Shown here one piece after another: positions 26,538-35,085 of a stretch of DNA of 64,000 nt. The first letter of the stretch is position 1; every line of letters begins with the position of its first letter. Both the position numbers and the translations under genes were made by a program. The notes below the pieces were generated by a model that made no database searches, was not told where the DNA came from, and worked only from the letters and a program-made list of their open reading frames with translations. This DNA is from an uncultured Candidatus Peribacteria bacterium (GTDB taxonomy: Bacteria; Patescibacteriota; Gracilibacteria; Absconditabacterales; Absconditicoccaceae): the NCBI GenBank assembly GCA_964387665.1, contig CAYLWY010000001.1:10075-74074 (forward strand). Reading direction: 5' to 3'.

Positions 26538-29165
26538 CTAGCTATTCTGTAGTTCCTTTAACCCACGATCTATTAAAGCGGCTTCTTTTTTACCGCGTTC
26601 TCCAACCGAGTCCTTTTGAACAAGTTCTTTTACTTTCTGCCAATTCTTACTTTTAAGTGCGGCTCCGTACTTGTTTGGGAAACCCGTACTACCTTTTTGG
26701 TAATACTGAGACAAAAGTACGGTTTTTAATGCTACTGGAAGTGTATCAAATTCAATTCCGTATTCTTTTACCTGAGCTCTAACCCCCCTTAGATTAGCCA
26801 ACTGCATAGAGCCCGTAAGGAACTTCGCTTCAGTGGGAGAGATTCTAAGAGGATTCTTCTTTAAGAACGCTACCGCGGCCCCTTTTTTCAGGCCCAAATA
26901 CGGTCTTAACTTCTCGATAAGATAAGGTGGTATGCCCGCTCTTTTAAGTTCTGCTACGCCTTGCCCGCCTAAATCTACTCCTCCACCAATGGTTACACCA
27001 CTGTTAAGTAACGCTTTACCTTCTTTCATTGGAACGTGGCCCTTACCGTTTTCCTTATCACCTTCTACCAAGGTCATGAAGTCTAAGTCTAAGTGCTTTT
27101 TTATAGTACTTTCTATTTTGCTGTAAGCCGTCTCTAGCGTCTGCTTCCTATTTAAAGTAGCTTTCCCAGTGCTGTTTAACCGGTGTAGCGCGTGATTCGT
27201 GTACTTCTTTTTGGCGTTATTCGCCTCGAGAATTTTGGGACCTTGATTAAAATCACTTACCCAAGCCTCGCCAGTCCACGTTTGCATATGTCCATTACCT
27301 CCACCGCCGGCAGATGCTACAATATCCCCAACTTGCCATTGTGATGGATCAGACAGGTAATTGTCTGGTAAAGCTGTTTTTGGGTTATATCCTTTAGACG
27401 CTTGGAAGTCAGCCTTACCGGTTGTGGAAAAATCGTCGGCATTTCCACCGATGTTTTGGGTGGTTGTAAACCAATCCAAACCAGTCATTGCTCCTACGAA
27501 ACACTTAACACCCCGTCCACAAGCGCCCACAGAAGACTTGGCTCCTTTTTCTAAATTAGCCGCAGTTTTCTTACCTAGCGCATCTGTTCCCGCATACGTA
27601 GCAGCTTCTTTAGTCAATCTATCTACTGAAATAGTAGGAGAAGATGTGGTGGTTTCAGTGTTAGTTGTAGTTTCCGTTGCTGGTTGAGTGGCTTCCCCAG
27701 ACATTATCGAAGATAGTGTTATTGGTTTAGTAGCCCCGGGTTGTGCCGCACCGGTCGCTGTTTGAGTCGTTGGTGCAGGGCCTGACATTACCGTTTTAGC
27801 TAACGCATGGACTTCACTCCAGCCTTGTCTAATTGATGCCTCGTCTTCAGACCCAAGAAGGCTTGCTAGCCCGGCCCGCATAGGCGCGTAAGTAGTTTCC
27901 CCAAAGTCCGCCGTAATAAAAGCATCGGCGTCTCGCGCGGCTACCTGTCCTAAAAAGTCTTCATAAGTACCTGTAAAACCATTTTCAGCATTAACCGAGG
28001 CCGTGTATAACGCCCGTAACCTATTACCACGTCTCCAAGCCTCTTTATCTATCGCCGTGTGTACGTCTTTTATTACCTCTTTAGAAGTTTTATTTGCAGT
28101 ATCTTTTTTAGCATTTGCTAATTGTGACAATATTTCACCTACTAAGGCAGTGCTTGCTGGATCTTCTAAGTCTACTCCTTGATTAGTGCCATAGATAAAG
28201 AAGTTATCAAACAGTGCAGCATCTACATCCTTAAGCCCACGTCGGCTAGCTGGAGTTCCGCCTTGAGCGTCTATGCGAAGTCCTGCCGAATTTAGTCCGG
28301 TTTTATTGCTTGGTAAGTTCTTTATACCAACAATCTGTTTAGTTTCTTGATTATAGGCACTAAGGATATCTTGAGTGTATTTTACCCCAGACTCTGTTAG
28401 TTCCCCGCTTTGTGGGTCGAGGTAACCCTTAGCAATCATATTGTTTCGGAACTTAGGGTCTTGCATACGCTCCGCCAAAATACTATCCAATGCCTCTTGG
28501 CTACGTTTTTGTATCTGCTCTTCGTACGAAACAGTATTGTTTTGAATTAGTTCAGACGTAGAGATTTGTGGTATCTTAGAAAACCGATCCATCAAATCCG
28601 CCGTTATATCTAAATCTTTATACGCATCTCCATTTATCTCTAATCCAGTTTTTTCACCATTCTGGTAAGCCCGGACTTGGTCAAAAAACATTTCTTGTAA
28701 TTTAGGATCTGCTGGAGGGTCTTTTACATACGCATTTAAGGTAGAATCAAAGACCGCCTGTTCGCGTATGACGTTCCTAATAGCCCCATCTGATACGAAC
28801 GCCGAAGTAGCTTTTGCGACATTCCCCATTGTATATGGGTTTTTCAATTGCTCGGCGCTCATATTAAACATGTCCTCAGAAATTCCAATACGTTGCTTGG
28901 TTTCTTCAATCACTTGTTGCTGGTTGACATTGTCATATCTGACTTTAGTTATCGCGTCATAAGCAGACGCCAACCCCGCCATATTATCTTGCGCTACTTT
29001 ACGATCCTGTTCTTGGATTTTAGTATACGTATCCAGGGCAGAAGTCAGCGGCGTAAGGCTGACTTCGGGTAAATCTAATGTAGGGGCATATGATACATTT
29101 GGTACACCTAAACCGGTATTAACGTCATGTATTACTGATCCTCCTCTTTGGTATCGCTTTGTCAT
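26538..29165 (-). CDS. internal virion/ejection protein (875 aa) with CHAP/NlpC-like and lysozyme-like domains
   Basis: A Cys...His pair (VGACGRGVKCF ... GNGHMQTW) lies at about aa 549-630. The C-terminal stretch GVTIGGGVDLGGQG resembles GH24/pesticin-type muramidase motifs. Confidence 0.75.
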   Translation of the reverse strand: MTKRYQRGGSVIHDVNTGLGVPNVSYAPTLDLPEVSLTPLTSALDTYTKIQEQDRKVAQDNMAGLASAYDAITKVRYDNVNQQQVIEETKQRIGISEDMFNMSAEQLKNPYTMGNVAKATSAFVSDGAIRNVIREQAVFDSTLNAYVKDPPADPKLQEMFFDQVRAYQNGEKTGLEINGDAYKDLDITADLMDRFSKIPQISTSELIQNNTVSYEEQIQKRSQEALDSILAERMQDPKFRNNMIAKGYLDPQSGELTESGVKYTQDILSAYNQETKQIVGIKNLPSNKTGLNSAGLRIDAQGGTPASRRGLKDVDAALFDNFFIYGTNQGVDLEDPASTALVGEILSQLANAKKDTANKTSKEVIKDVHTAIDKEAWRRGNRLRALYTASVNAENGFTGTYEDFLGQVAARDADAFITADFGETTYAPMRAGLASLLGSEDEASIRQGWSEVHALAKTVMSGPAPTTQTATGAAQPGATKPITLSSIMSGEATQPATETTTNTETTTSSPTISVDRLTKEAATYAGTDALGKKTAANLEKGAKSSVGACGRGVKCFVGAMTGLDWFTTTQNIGGNADDFSTTGKADFQASKGYNPKTALPDNYLSDPSQWQVGDIVASAGGGGNGHMQTWTGEAWVSDFNQGPKILEANNAKKKYTNHALHRLNSTGKATLNRKQTLETAYSKIESTIKKHLDLDFMTLVEGDKENGKGHVPMKEGKALLNSGVTIGGGVDLGGQGVAELKRAGIPPYLIEKLRPYLGLKKGAAVAFLKKNPLRISPTEAKFLTGSMQLANLRGVRAQVKEYGIEFDTLPVALKTVLLSQYYQKGSTGFPNKYGAALKSKNWQKVKELVQKDSVGERGKKEAALIDRGLKELQNS

Positions 29166-29172
29166 ATGTTAT

Positions 29173-31611
29173 TTATTGTCGGTTTGGTGTTTTATTTATA
29201 TCGTAGGCCGGCATCGCTGTTATCGGTGGGAAATTAGGATCACGCGCATCGTAAATTATCTTACCATTTCGATCGCGAATTATTACTACTACTTTTCTCC
29301 CTTTCGCTCCATACTTACCTGTAGTGTCGAGAATTACATCACCTTTCTGGGCATATCTAATAGCCCCTGGGCCTTTTCCTGGGTCTAAGAGATTTGGGCT
29401 AGGTAAGTCTCCGTCTACTTCATTCGTTCCGTAATAATACCTTCCTCCACTAGCTGGGGTTATTTTCCAAGTATTGCCTGCATATGTCTCGATTCGTTTA
29501 CGATCTGCGGAGCTTAATTCGGGGCTTTCTATGAATGTTTCATACTCCGGTCTAGGTGTCTCGGTGGTACTTCCAGGTATCATGGGTATCACGTTAGGCC
29601 AGGAGTCTATTTCTGGTGTATTTTCTTGGGGTATACCTGGAGTTGGTAATAACGTTGTATCGATTTCTTCAATAGTAGGTTGCTCACCGCCTAATGGCAT
29701 CTCGCCACTTTCTAATAAATCCACACCGTCTATCTCTTGATCGGCTTCCGGGCTTGCTACTACCGTCTGCTCTTCCCCAGTTATTGGCTCCGTTTTGGTA
29801 GTGGTAGTTGGGATCGCATCTCTAGCGGTTGTCAAGGGGCCTTTTTTCTGACTTGCCGCTAGTAGGTTTGCGTCGTCGCGTTGTGTCTTCAGAACCTCCA
29901 ACGCTTTTTCTAGATCTTTTCCAACGAATCCTACTTCCGCTAATAATGTCCTATACTCGTTATCTGTGTATTCCTTTTTCGCGCCACGTCTAGTAGCTAC
30001 GTCCATGGTTTCTAGATTAGCTAGATTTTTACTATAATCCGTAGACGTGTCTGCGAGTTGTTGAATTTGTTGATTTTGGGCAGCTAAAATAGCGTTATCG
30101 TTATTCGTCCTGCTCGCCATATTCGCATTCTCTAGCGAGGTTAAGAAGTCAAAATACTGCGCATCTGCCTGGGCATTAGTCGCAAAGCGCTGTGCTGCTA
30201 ACTCGTTTTGACCAGATACGTGTCTACTGTAAAGTGGAGCAAGAAGAGATGATATTTCAGAAGGACGTGCTCCTTGCATACGTAACGTGTCGGCAACTGC
30301 TCTTAGCTGTGACTCGGATTCTACCCGTTTAACGTCGAGTAGGTATTGTGGCATTCTCGACGCCTGCCTTCTTGCGTCTGCAAATCCACGATCCTGTAAT
30401 ACCGGTTTGGTATAAGGGCTTTGCGCTATAGTGCCGGCTGCTGAAGAAGTAAATTGGCGACCGGCATATCCACGTAATTTATCCATTAATGTAGCGTAGT
30501 CTTCTGTAGATGCCGCATAATTAGCCTCGTTATCACTTCGCATCTTGTCGAATAGTTGTGGATACCTAGCGTAGAATTCACCTAACATGTCTTCCATGGT
30601 TTTCGGTTTGTTTGGATCCGAAACCATCGATGTTCCTGGGGTTAGCCTTCTCGCTTCTGGCTCTCCATAAACGCCGCTGTTGGCTGCGTCTAATAAATCT
30701 GCATCTGATATCCCTGTAGATTCTAATGGGTCATACGGATCAATTCCCGAAGTTAAAGGAGGGCCATCTTCTATGTTCGTAACTAAAGGGTTGAACATGT
30801 CAGGTATTGTATAATGAGGGGCCCTTGGGGGTTGCCCAGGGCGTACTGTCTCACCTGTTTGGGGAGCTTCTTCTGGGCTGGGGGTTGTTGGGAATGTTTT
30901 ACTTCCGATAGATGGTAAAGGGGATAATATATCCGCATACGGTCCTTGGGTGTAACTACCCGGTGCTTTTGCTGTTGGTGGCGCTGTTTGTGGTAAAGTG
31001 GGCCTGCCACCTGGTATTGGTGTAAGCTTAGTGGGTAATGTACTAGGGGTAAAGCTTCTGTTTTTATCGAGCATAACTGGGAAAAGGTCACGTTCGTAGT
31101 AGTCTCTCTCTTCCTTAGAATTATCTGCAGCATCATATTCCGCAGTTCCTGGTACTAAACCTAACCCCCTTGTTAGGTAATCTTCGAAATTAGCTTCGAA
31201 TTCTTCTTCAGGATTTGTTGAGTTATATGCTTGTTGATTGCTGTTCCATACCGATCCTCCGCTTTGCTTCTTAGGTATCTCCAAAACCGCGGCGGCTCCC
31301 TTGAACATGTGGTCTGTTCCGGGTTTCATAAGCCGAGGCATTCCGACATTCATATTGGCATCTAGAGGATACCCAACAACAGGAAAAGGCGTATCCTTCA
31401 TGGTGATATTACCACCTGGAATAATATTAAAAGGGTTGTCAAACGACTCTGCCCCGGGCGTGTAGCCCTCCATATTAACAGGAGACCCCCCAAACTGCAT
31501 AGCTAAAGCGCTAACGCCTTTCATGTCGCCCTTCTCTATCAATCTACGTACCTTCCGTTCTAGATGTCTAGGTACTACAACTGTATTTCCAAGATTGTCT
31601 TTTATTTTCAT
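29173..31611 (-). CDS. proline-rich internal virion protein (812 aa)
   Basis: Long ORF with a Pro-rich low-complexity middle region. The C terminus (KGDVILDTTGKYGAKGRKVVVIIRDRNG) is weakly reminiscent of an RlpA-like barrel, at low confidence. Confidence 0.7.
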   Translation of the reverse strand: MKIKDNLGNTVVVPRHLERKVRRLIEKGDMKGVSALAMQFGGSPVNMEGYTPGAESFDNPFNIIPGGNITMKDTPFPVVGYPLDANMNVGMPRLMKPGTDHMFKGAAAVLEIPKKQSGGSVWNSNQQAYNSTNPEEEFEANFEDYLTRGLGLVPGTAEYDAADNSKEERDYYERDLFPVMLDKNRSFTPSTLPTKLTPIPGGRPTLPQTAPPTAKAPGSYTQGPYADILSPLPSIGSKTFPTTPSPEEAPQTGETVRPGQPPRAPHYTIPDMFNPLVTNIEDGPPLTSGIDPYDPLESTGISDADLLDAANSGVYGEPEARRLTPGTSMVSDPNKPKTMEDMLGEFYARYPQLFDKMRSDNEANYAASTEDYATLMDKLRGYAGRQFTSSAAGTIAQSPYTKPVLQDRGFADARRQASRMPQYLLDVKRVESESQLRAVADTLRMQGARPSEISSLLAPLYSRHVSGQNELAAQRFATNAQADAQYFDFLTSLENANMASRTNNDNAILAAQNQQIQQLADTSTDYSKNLANLETMDVATRRGAKKEYTDNEYRTLLAEVGFVGKDLEKALEVLKTQRDDANLLAASQKKGPLTTARDAIPTTTTKTEPITGEEQTVVASPEADQEIDGVDLLESGEMPLGGEQPTIEEIDTTLLPTPGIPQENTPEIDSWPNVIPMIPGSTTETPRPEYETFIESPELSSADRKRIETYAGNTWKITPASGGRYYYGTNEVDGDLPSPNLLDPGKGPGAIRYAQKGDVILDTTGKYGAKGRKVVVIIRDRNGKIIYDARDPNFPPITAMPAYDINKTPNRQ

Positions 31612-33749
31612 TTCCGCTTCTTTGATAAAGCTCCCTTCTTACGTAAGGGAGGTCTGTTTTGTTTCCCAATTCGAGCTAGGTAAATTTGGCTCGGGTCTAT
31701 TTTATCTCCAAACATTTCGGTACGATCTCCAACTCCTTTCGTAGCTTTTTGAGTACTTCTGTATTTTATTCCTACTACGTTTTTATCGTCGTCATATACC
31801 CAATCTTTAAATATTACTGAATGACCAGAGCCATTCTTTCGCCAGATTTGCGCAATGTCGCCGGGTTTTGCGCTTTCGTGGGGTACTTCGTATCCGAGGC
31901 CATACTTCTGCAAAGCCGCAGTTGAAAGCGATTCTTTGTCCCCTTTCTTATAGTCTTTAGCTCCGTACCATATCTGTTTAAAGTCGGCTAGTTGCTTGTC
32001 GTCTAGGTCTTTTAGTAAGCCTGAATCTTGCATTGCTTTTAAAGATACGCCACAGGTATACCCGGAACAGTAAGTTCCTTCGGCTTGCTTGGCTAGTATC
32101 TTAGCGCTGTTGTGTTCTATGTCATATGGAGATCCACTTCCGGAAGGGTCCCAATTGTAACCGCCGCCTTCTAGGGAATCCGCTAATTGTAAAATAGCGG
32201 CGTTATAATCCGGCTCAGATTCGCGATTCACAAAATCAGGTATTGTAAATATTCCTTTTTGGGATTTTTGTACACCCCCGCCTTGTTGGAAAAATTTATT
32301 AGATAATCTATTAAAAGCCTGTCCATCTACTACTTTAATAGCGTCACGTACTTTAGCTCCTCTATCACCTAATATGGGAGTTATGCTATTATGGCCTACT
32401 TGGAGATACCCATCTTCGAACAACGAGCCAGAGGGGACCTTGTTTATATCAAAATCAGGGAAATGCCTATTGTAATTCTTTTTAGCTTGGGATGTAGTCC
32501 TCATCCTTAGTACCTTATTGATAAGCCCTTCGGGCATTTGATCTTTATAGACCTTTACATAGTAAGGATTTTCTCCTCCATATCTAGGTCCTAGCCAAGT
32601 AGGGTCATTTGAATAATATAGAATATCTTTGTTGGTACCTTTAACTAATTCTTCATGCCCACCTGACCTTCTACCTCTATTAAAAACATTGTTAGGGGCT
32701 ACTGTAGTGCCCATATACTTAGCCACATCGTAGGGATCATCTGGGTTTAATCCAGCCGAAGCTATGTTCTGCCTTATTATAGGATCTCGCATTAAATCAG
32801 GGTTAACGTCTACTACTCTATATAAAGGCTTAGTGTTATATTGTTGATCTAGCCATTTATCAAAACCTGCGGGATTATCAGGTATAGATCCCACTAACCC
32901 TTGGCTTTGTAATTTTTTAGCTAAGGCATGGGCTTCTTGTACGTCCGCCGACGTCGCTCCATCAGAAGTCCTTCTTACTATCCGAGCCCAATCGTCAGAG
33001 GGATCAGGTGCGCTTTTGAATTTAATAGGGAACCCACTTGCGGCTACGTTGTGATCTAGCGCCCATTGCATCCCTGGGCTATTACTAGGACTTGTAGGTA
33101 TTTTTTTAGCTAAATCTTTTATTTTACGCGCCGCTAACGACTTGCCTATACCCCTTAGTCCCGCCCCCACGATAGCTGGATCTAGCATGTCTAGGGCAAA
33201 ACCAGGCACGCCACCTACTCCAGTAACTTCTGACATGGTACGCTGACCTCCAGGATAAGTAGTTCCTTGGCCATACAGGGGATTAAATAAATCATAAGGA
33301 CGGCCTTTAAGCGCTTCGTAGCCTTCCGCCAATAATGAGTTACCTATTTGAAAAGGATCAAGAGGTAATAAATCAGTAGGGCTTTCTATCTTTCCGGAAC
33401 CTCTTTTAAGTTTGTCTTCTAGTACCATTCGGGCAGGGCCAGCAAGCTCCGATCCCCAAGGATTTGTTTTTAGACCTTCTAGCGCTTTGTTAAAGTCGCC
33501 GCCGTAATTCTCTTTAGCCCAATGTACTAGCTGTGGTTCCCAAGCTGCGCGTTGATCGTCGGTGAGTGTTGTACCCCCATGTTGCTTCTTTACAGGTACG
33601 ACTTTCTGATATACGTCAGGGTGTGCGTCCTTGAGGTAGGCTAGTGCTGTATGCCGGGCTTTTGTCTTGGACATGCCCTGGGATACGTAGTAAGGAATTA
33701 ACTCAGTATTTAAGTATTCCTTAAGATGTGCTACTCGACTATCTGCCAT
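31608..33749 (-). CDS. internal virion protein (713 aa) with C-terminal NlpC/P60- or CHAP-like cysteine peptidase domain
   Basis: The candidate Cys/His catalytic pair is EGTYCSGYTCG (Cys about aa 561) ... NGSGHSVIFKDW. Confidence 0.7.
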   Translation of the reverse strand: MADSRVAHLKEYLNTELIPYYVSQGMSKTKARHTALAYLKDAHPDVYQKVVPVKKQHGGTTLTDDQRAAWEPQLVHWAKENYGGDFNKALEGLKTNPWGSELAGPARMVLEDKLKRGSGKIESPTDLLPLDPFQIGNSLLAEGYEALKGRPYDLFNPLYGQGTTYPGGQRTMSEVTGVGGVPGFALDMLDPAIVGAGLRGIGKSLAARKIKDLAKKIPTSPSNSPGMQWALDHNVAASGFPIKFKSAPDPSDDWARIVRRTSDGATSADVQEAHALAKKLQSQGLVGSIPDNPAGFDKWLDQQYNTKPLYRVVDVNPDLMRDPIIRQNIASAGLNPDDPYDVAKYMGTTVAPNNVFNRGRRSGGHEELVKGTNKDILYYSNDPTWLGPRYGGENPYYVKVYKDQMPEGLINKVLRMRTTSQAKKNYNRHFPDFDINKVPSGSLFEDGYLQVGHNSITPILGDRGAKVRDAIKVVDGQAFNRLSNKFFQQGGGVQKSQKGIFTIPDFVNRESEPDYNAAILQLADSLEGGGYNWDPSGSGSPYDIEHNSAKILAKQAEGTYCSGYTCGVSLKAMQDSGLLKDLDDKQLADFKQIWYGAKDYKKGDKESLSTAALQKYGLGYEVPHESAKPGDIAQIWRKNGSGHSVIFKDWVYDDDKNVVGIKYRSTQKATKGVGDRTEMFGDKIDPSQIYLARIGKQNRPPLRKKGALSKKRK

Positions 33750-34765
33750 TTGTTTCCAAATTTAGGTGGCGCAGGTGGGGTTCCGTATTTTCTTAGTACG
33801 AATTTATCTTTACCAAACGTTCCGAATTGGAACTCTTCGGGCATCTGCTCCTCCATTTCCCCCTCGCCGCCAATCGTTGAACCCATCCTTCCAGATTCCA
33901 TATTCTTCTGGTCCTGGAGGCTTATTAACTCCATGAGGTAGGGTACTCTCGTTTCTAGATTATCTGTATCGGTTGCGAGGTTTAATATATCATTACTATC
34001 CCCAACAGTCTTTATCTTATTCCGTAGTGTCTTGGCCGCAGCCGCAAAAGTAAGTTTCCCCTTTTTAGGGAGGAAATCTCCTAACAACATCTCCTCGGTA
34101 TCGTAGTCGGTATGTTCGTCGTAGTGTGACATCCCATAACCAATGACTTTATCTTTAACGTCTTTCACGTTAAACTTCATGTTTTTGTCATCAGAAAATA
34201 CATACGAACCCTCTGGTAGTATGTCGGTAACTTTTTCATCCGACATATTCGAGTGCTTCTTCTTTGCCTTGACATTGGGGAGTGTATTGTCGGGGAATAA
34301 AACGACTTCCCCATACTCTGTTTGGGCCATTACATCTCCGGGGGTTTCCCCACCGAACTGGGCATAATACCCTAAATCTTGTGATACTTTTTTATTTTCG
34401 TGTTGTTGCTTTTCGTATAGTTGCCGCAGGTTGTCATATGCACTTGCGTTTCGGGCTGTCGTAAAACCCGCCATTCCCGCTCCTATAAGAGCTCCGGGTA
34501 TGCCTCCTACTGCGGCCCCCTGTAAAGCCCCCGCTCCAATACCCATTGCTACGTTTGGTCTAAATCCAGGCGCATTAGCCCCACTCATGGCTAGTTGAGA
34601 AAGCGGTGCCATAAAAGACCCCGCCGATTTAGTTTCGTCATTCGCGATTTTCCAATACTTTGCCCAACTGTTTTCCTCTTCCTCTACATCTGGGTCGTAT
34701 GTATAATCGTCGTAATTCTCCTCTATTTGAGGTGTGCCAAATTGATATTTAAATAACGGAAGCAT
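33731..34765 (-). CDS. virion protein (344 aa) with glycine-zipper hydrophobic segment
   Basis: The segment is GANAPGFRPNVAMGIGAGALQGAAVGGIPGALIGAGMAGF, with an acidic N terminus. Confidence 0.7.
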   Translation of the reverse strand: MLPLFKYQFGTPQIEENYDDYTYDPDVEEEENSWAKYWKIANDETKSAGSFMAPLSQLAMSGANAPGFRPNVAMGIGAGALQGAAVGGIPGALIGAGMAGFTTARNASAYDNLRQLYEKQQHENKKVSQDLGYYAQFGGETPGDVMAQTEYGEVVLFPDNTLPNVKAKKKHSNMSDEKVTDILPEGSYVFSDDKNMKFNVKDVKDKVIGYGMSHYDEHTDYDTEEMLLGDFLPKKGKLTFAAAAKTLRNKIKTVGDSNDILNLATDTDNLETRVPYLMELISLQDQKNMESGRMGSTIGGEGEMEEQMPEEFQFGTFGKDKFVLRKYGTPPAPPKFGNKWQIVE

Positions 34766-35085
34766 ATTACGGTAATTGTTACTACGATTAGTGGGAATAC
34801 TAAATCGACGTTTTGTAGTAATTGGTAAACGTCGGATTTTTCAAATGAGTAATTGTCGTACATCGGTCGCCCGTAGATGTGGATAAAAACGTTATTCTCT
34901 AAATACGTAAGTGGACAACCGTTGTACAAAAATACAACTGCCACCCACACATATAACGATATATAAAGTCTCAATAAAGCCCGAATTGGCCTAAATCTCC
35001 AGGTAGAGAATACTAGGACAATACCCCATATAAGAAGATAATGCAGTATTGTTACAATTAATTTAGCAGTATCAAAACACATCAT
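34723..35085 (-). CDS. small multi-pass membrane protein (120 aa)
   Basis: It has three to four hydrophobic segments and the motif NGCPLTYLE. It overlaps both neighbours slightly. Confidence 0.55.
   Translation of the reverse strand: MMCFDTAKLIVTILHYLLIWGIVLVFSTWRFRPIRALLRLYISLYVWVAVVFLYNGCPLTYLENNVFIHIYGRPMYDNYSFEKSDVYQLLQNVDLVFPLIVVTITVICFRYLNINLAHLK

Noticed and set aside
29173-29500. The C terminus of the 812-aa protein could be an RlpA-like double-psi barrel lytic transglycosylase.
   Set aside because: The resemblance is limited to a short stretch (VVVIIRDRNG versus the RlpA V-x-V-N-DRGP motif). That is insufficient to call without a profile search.
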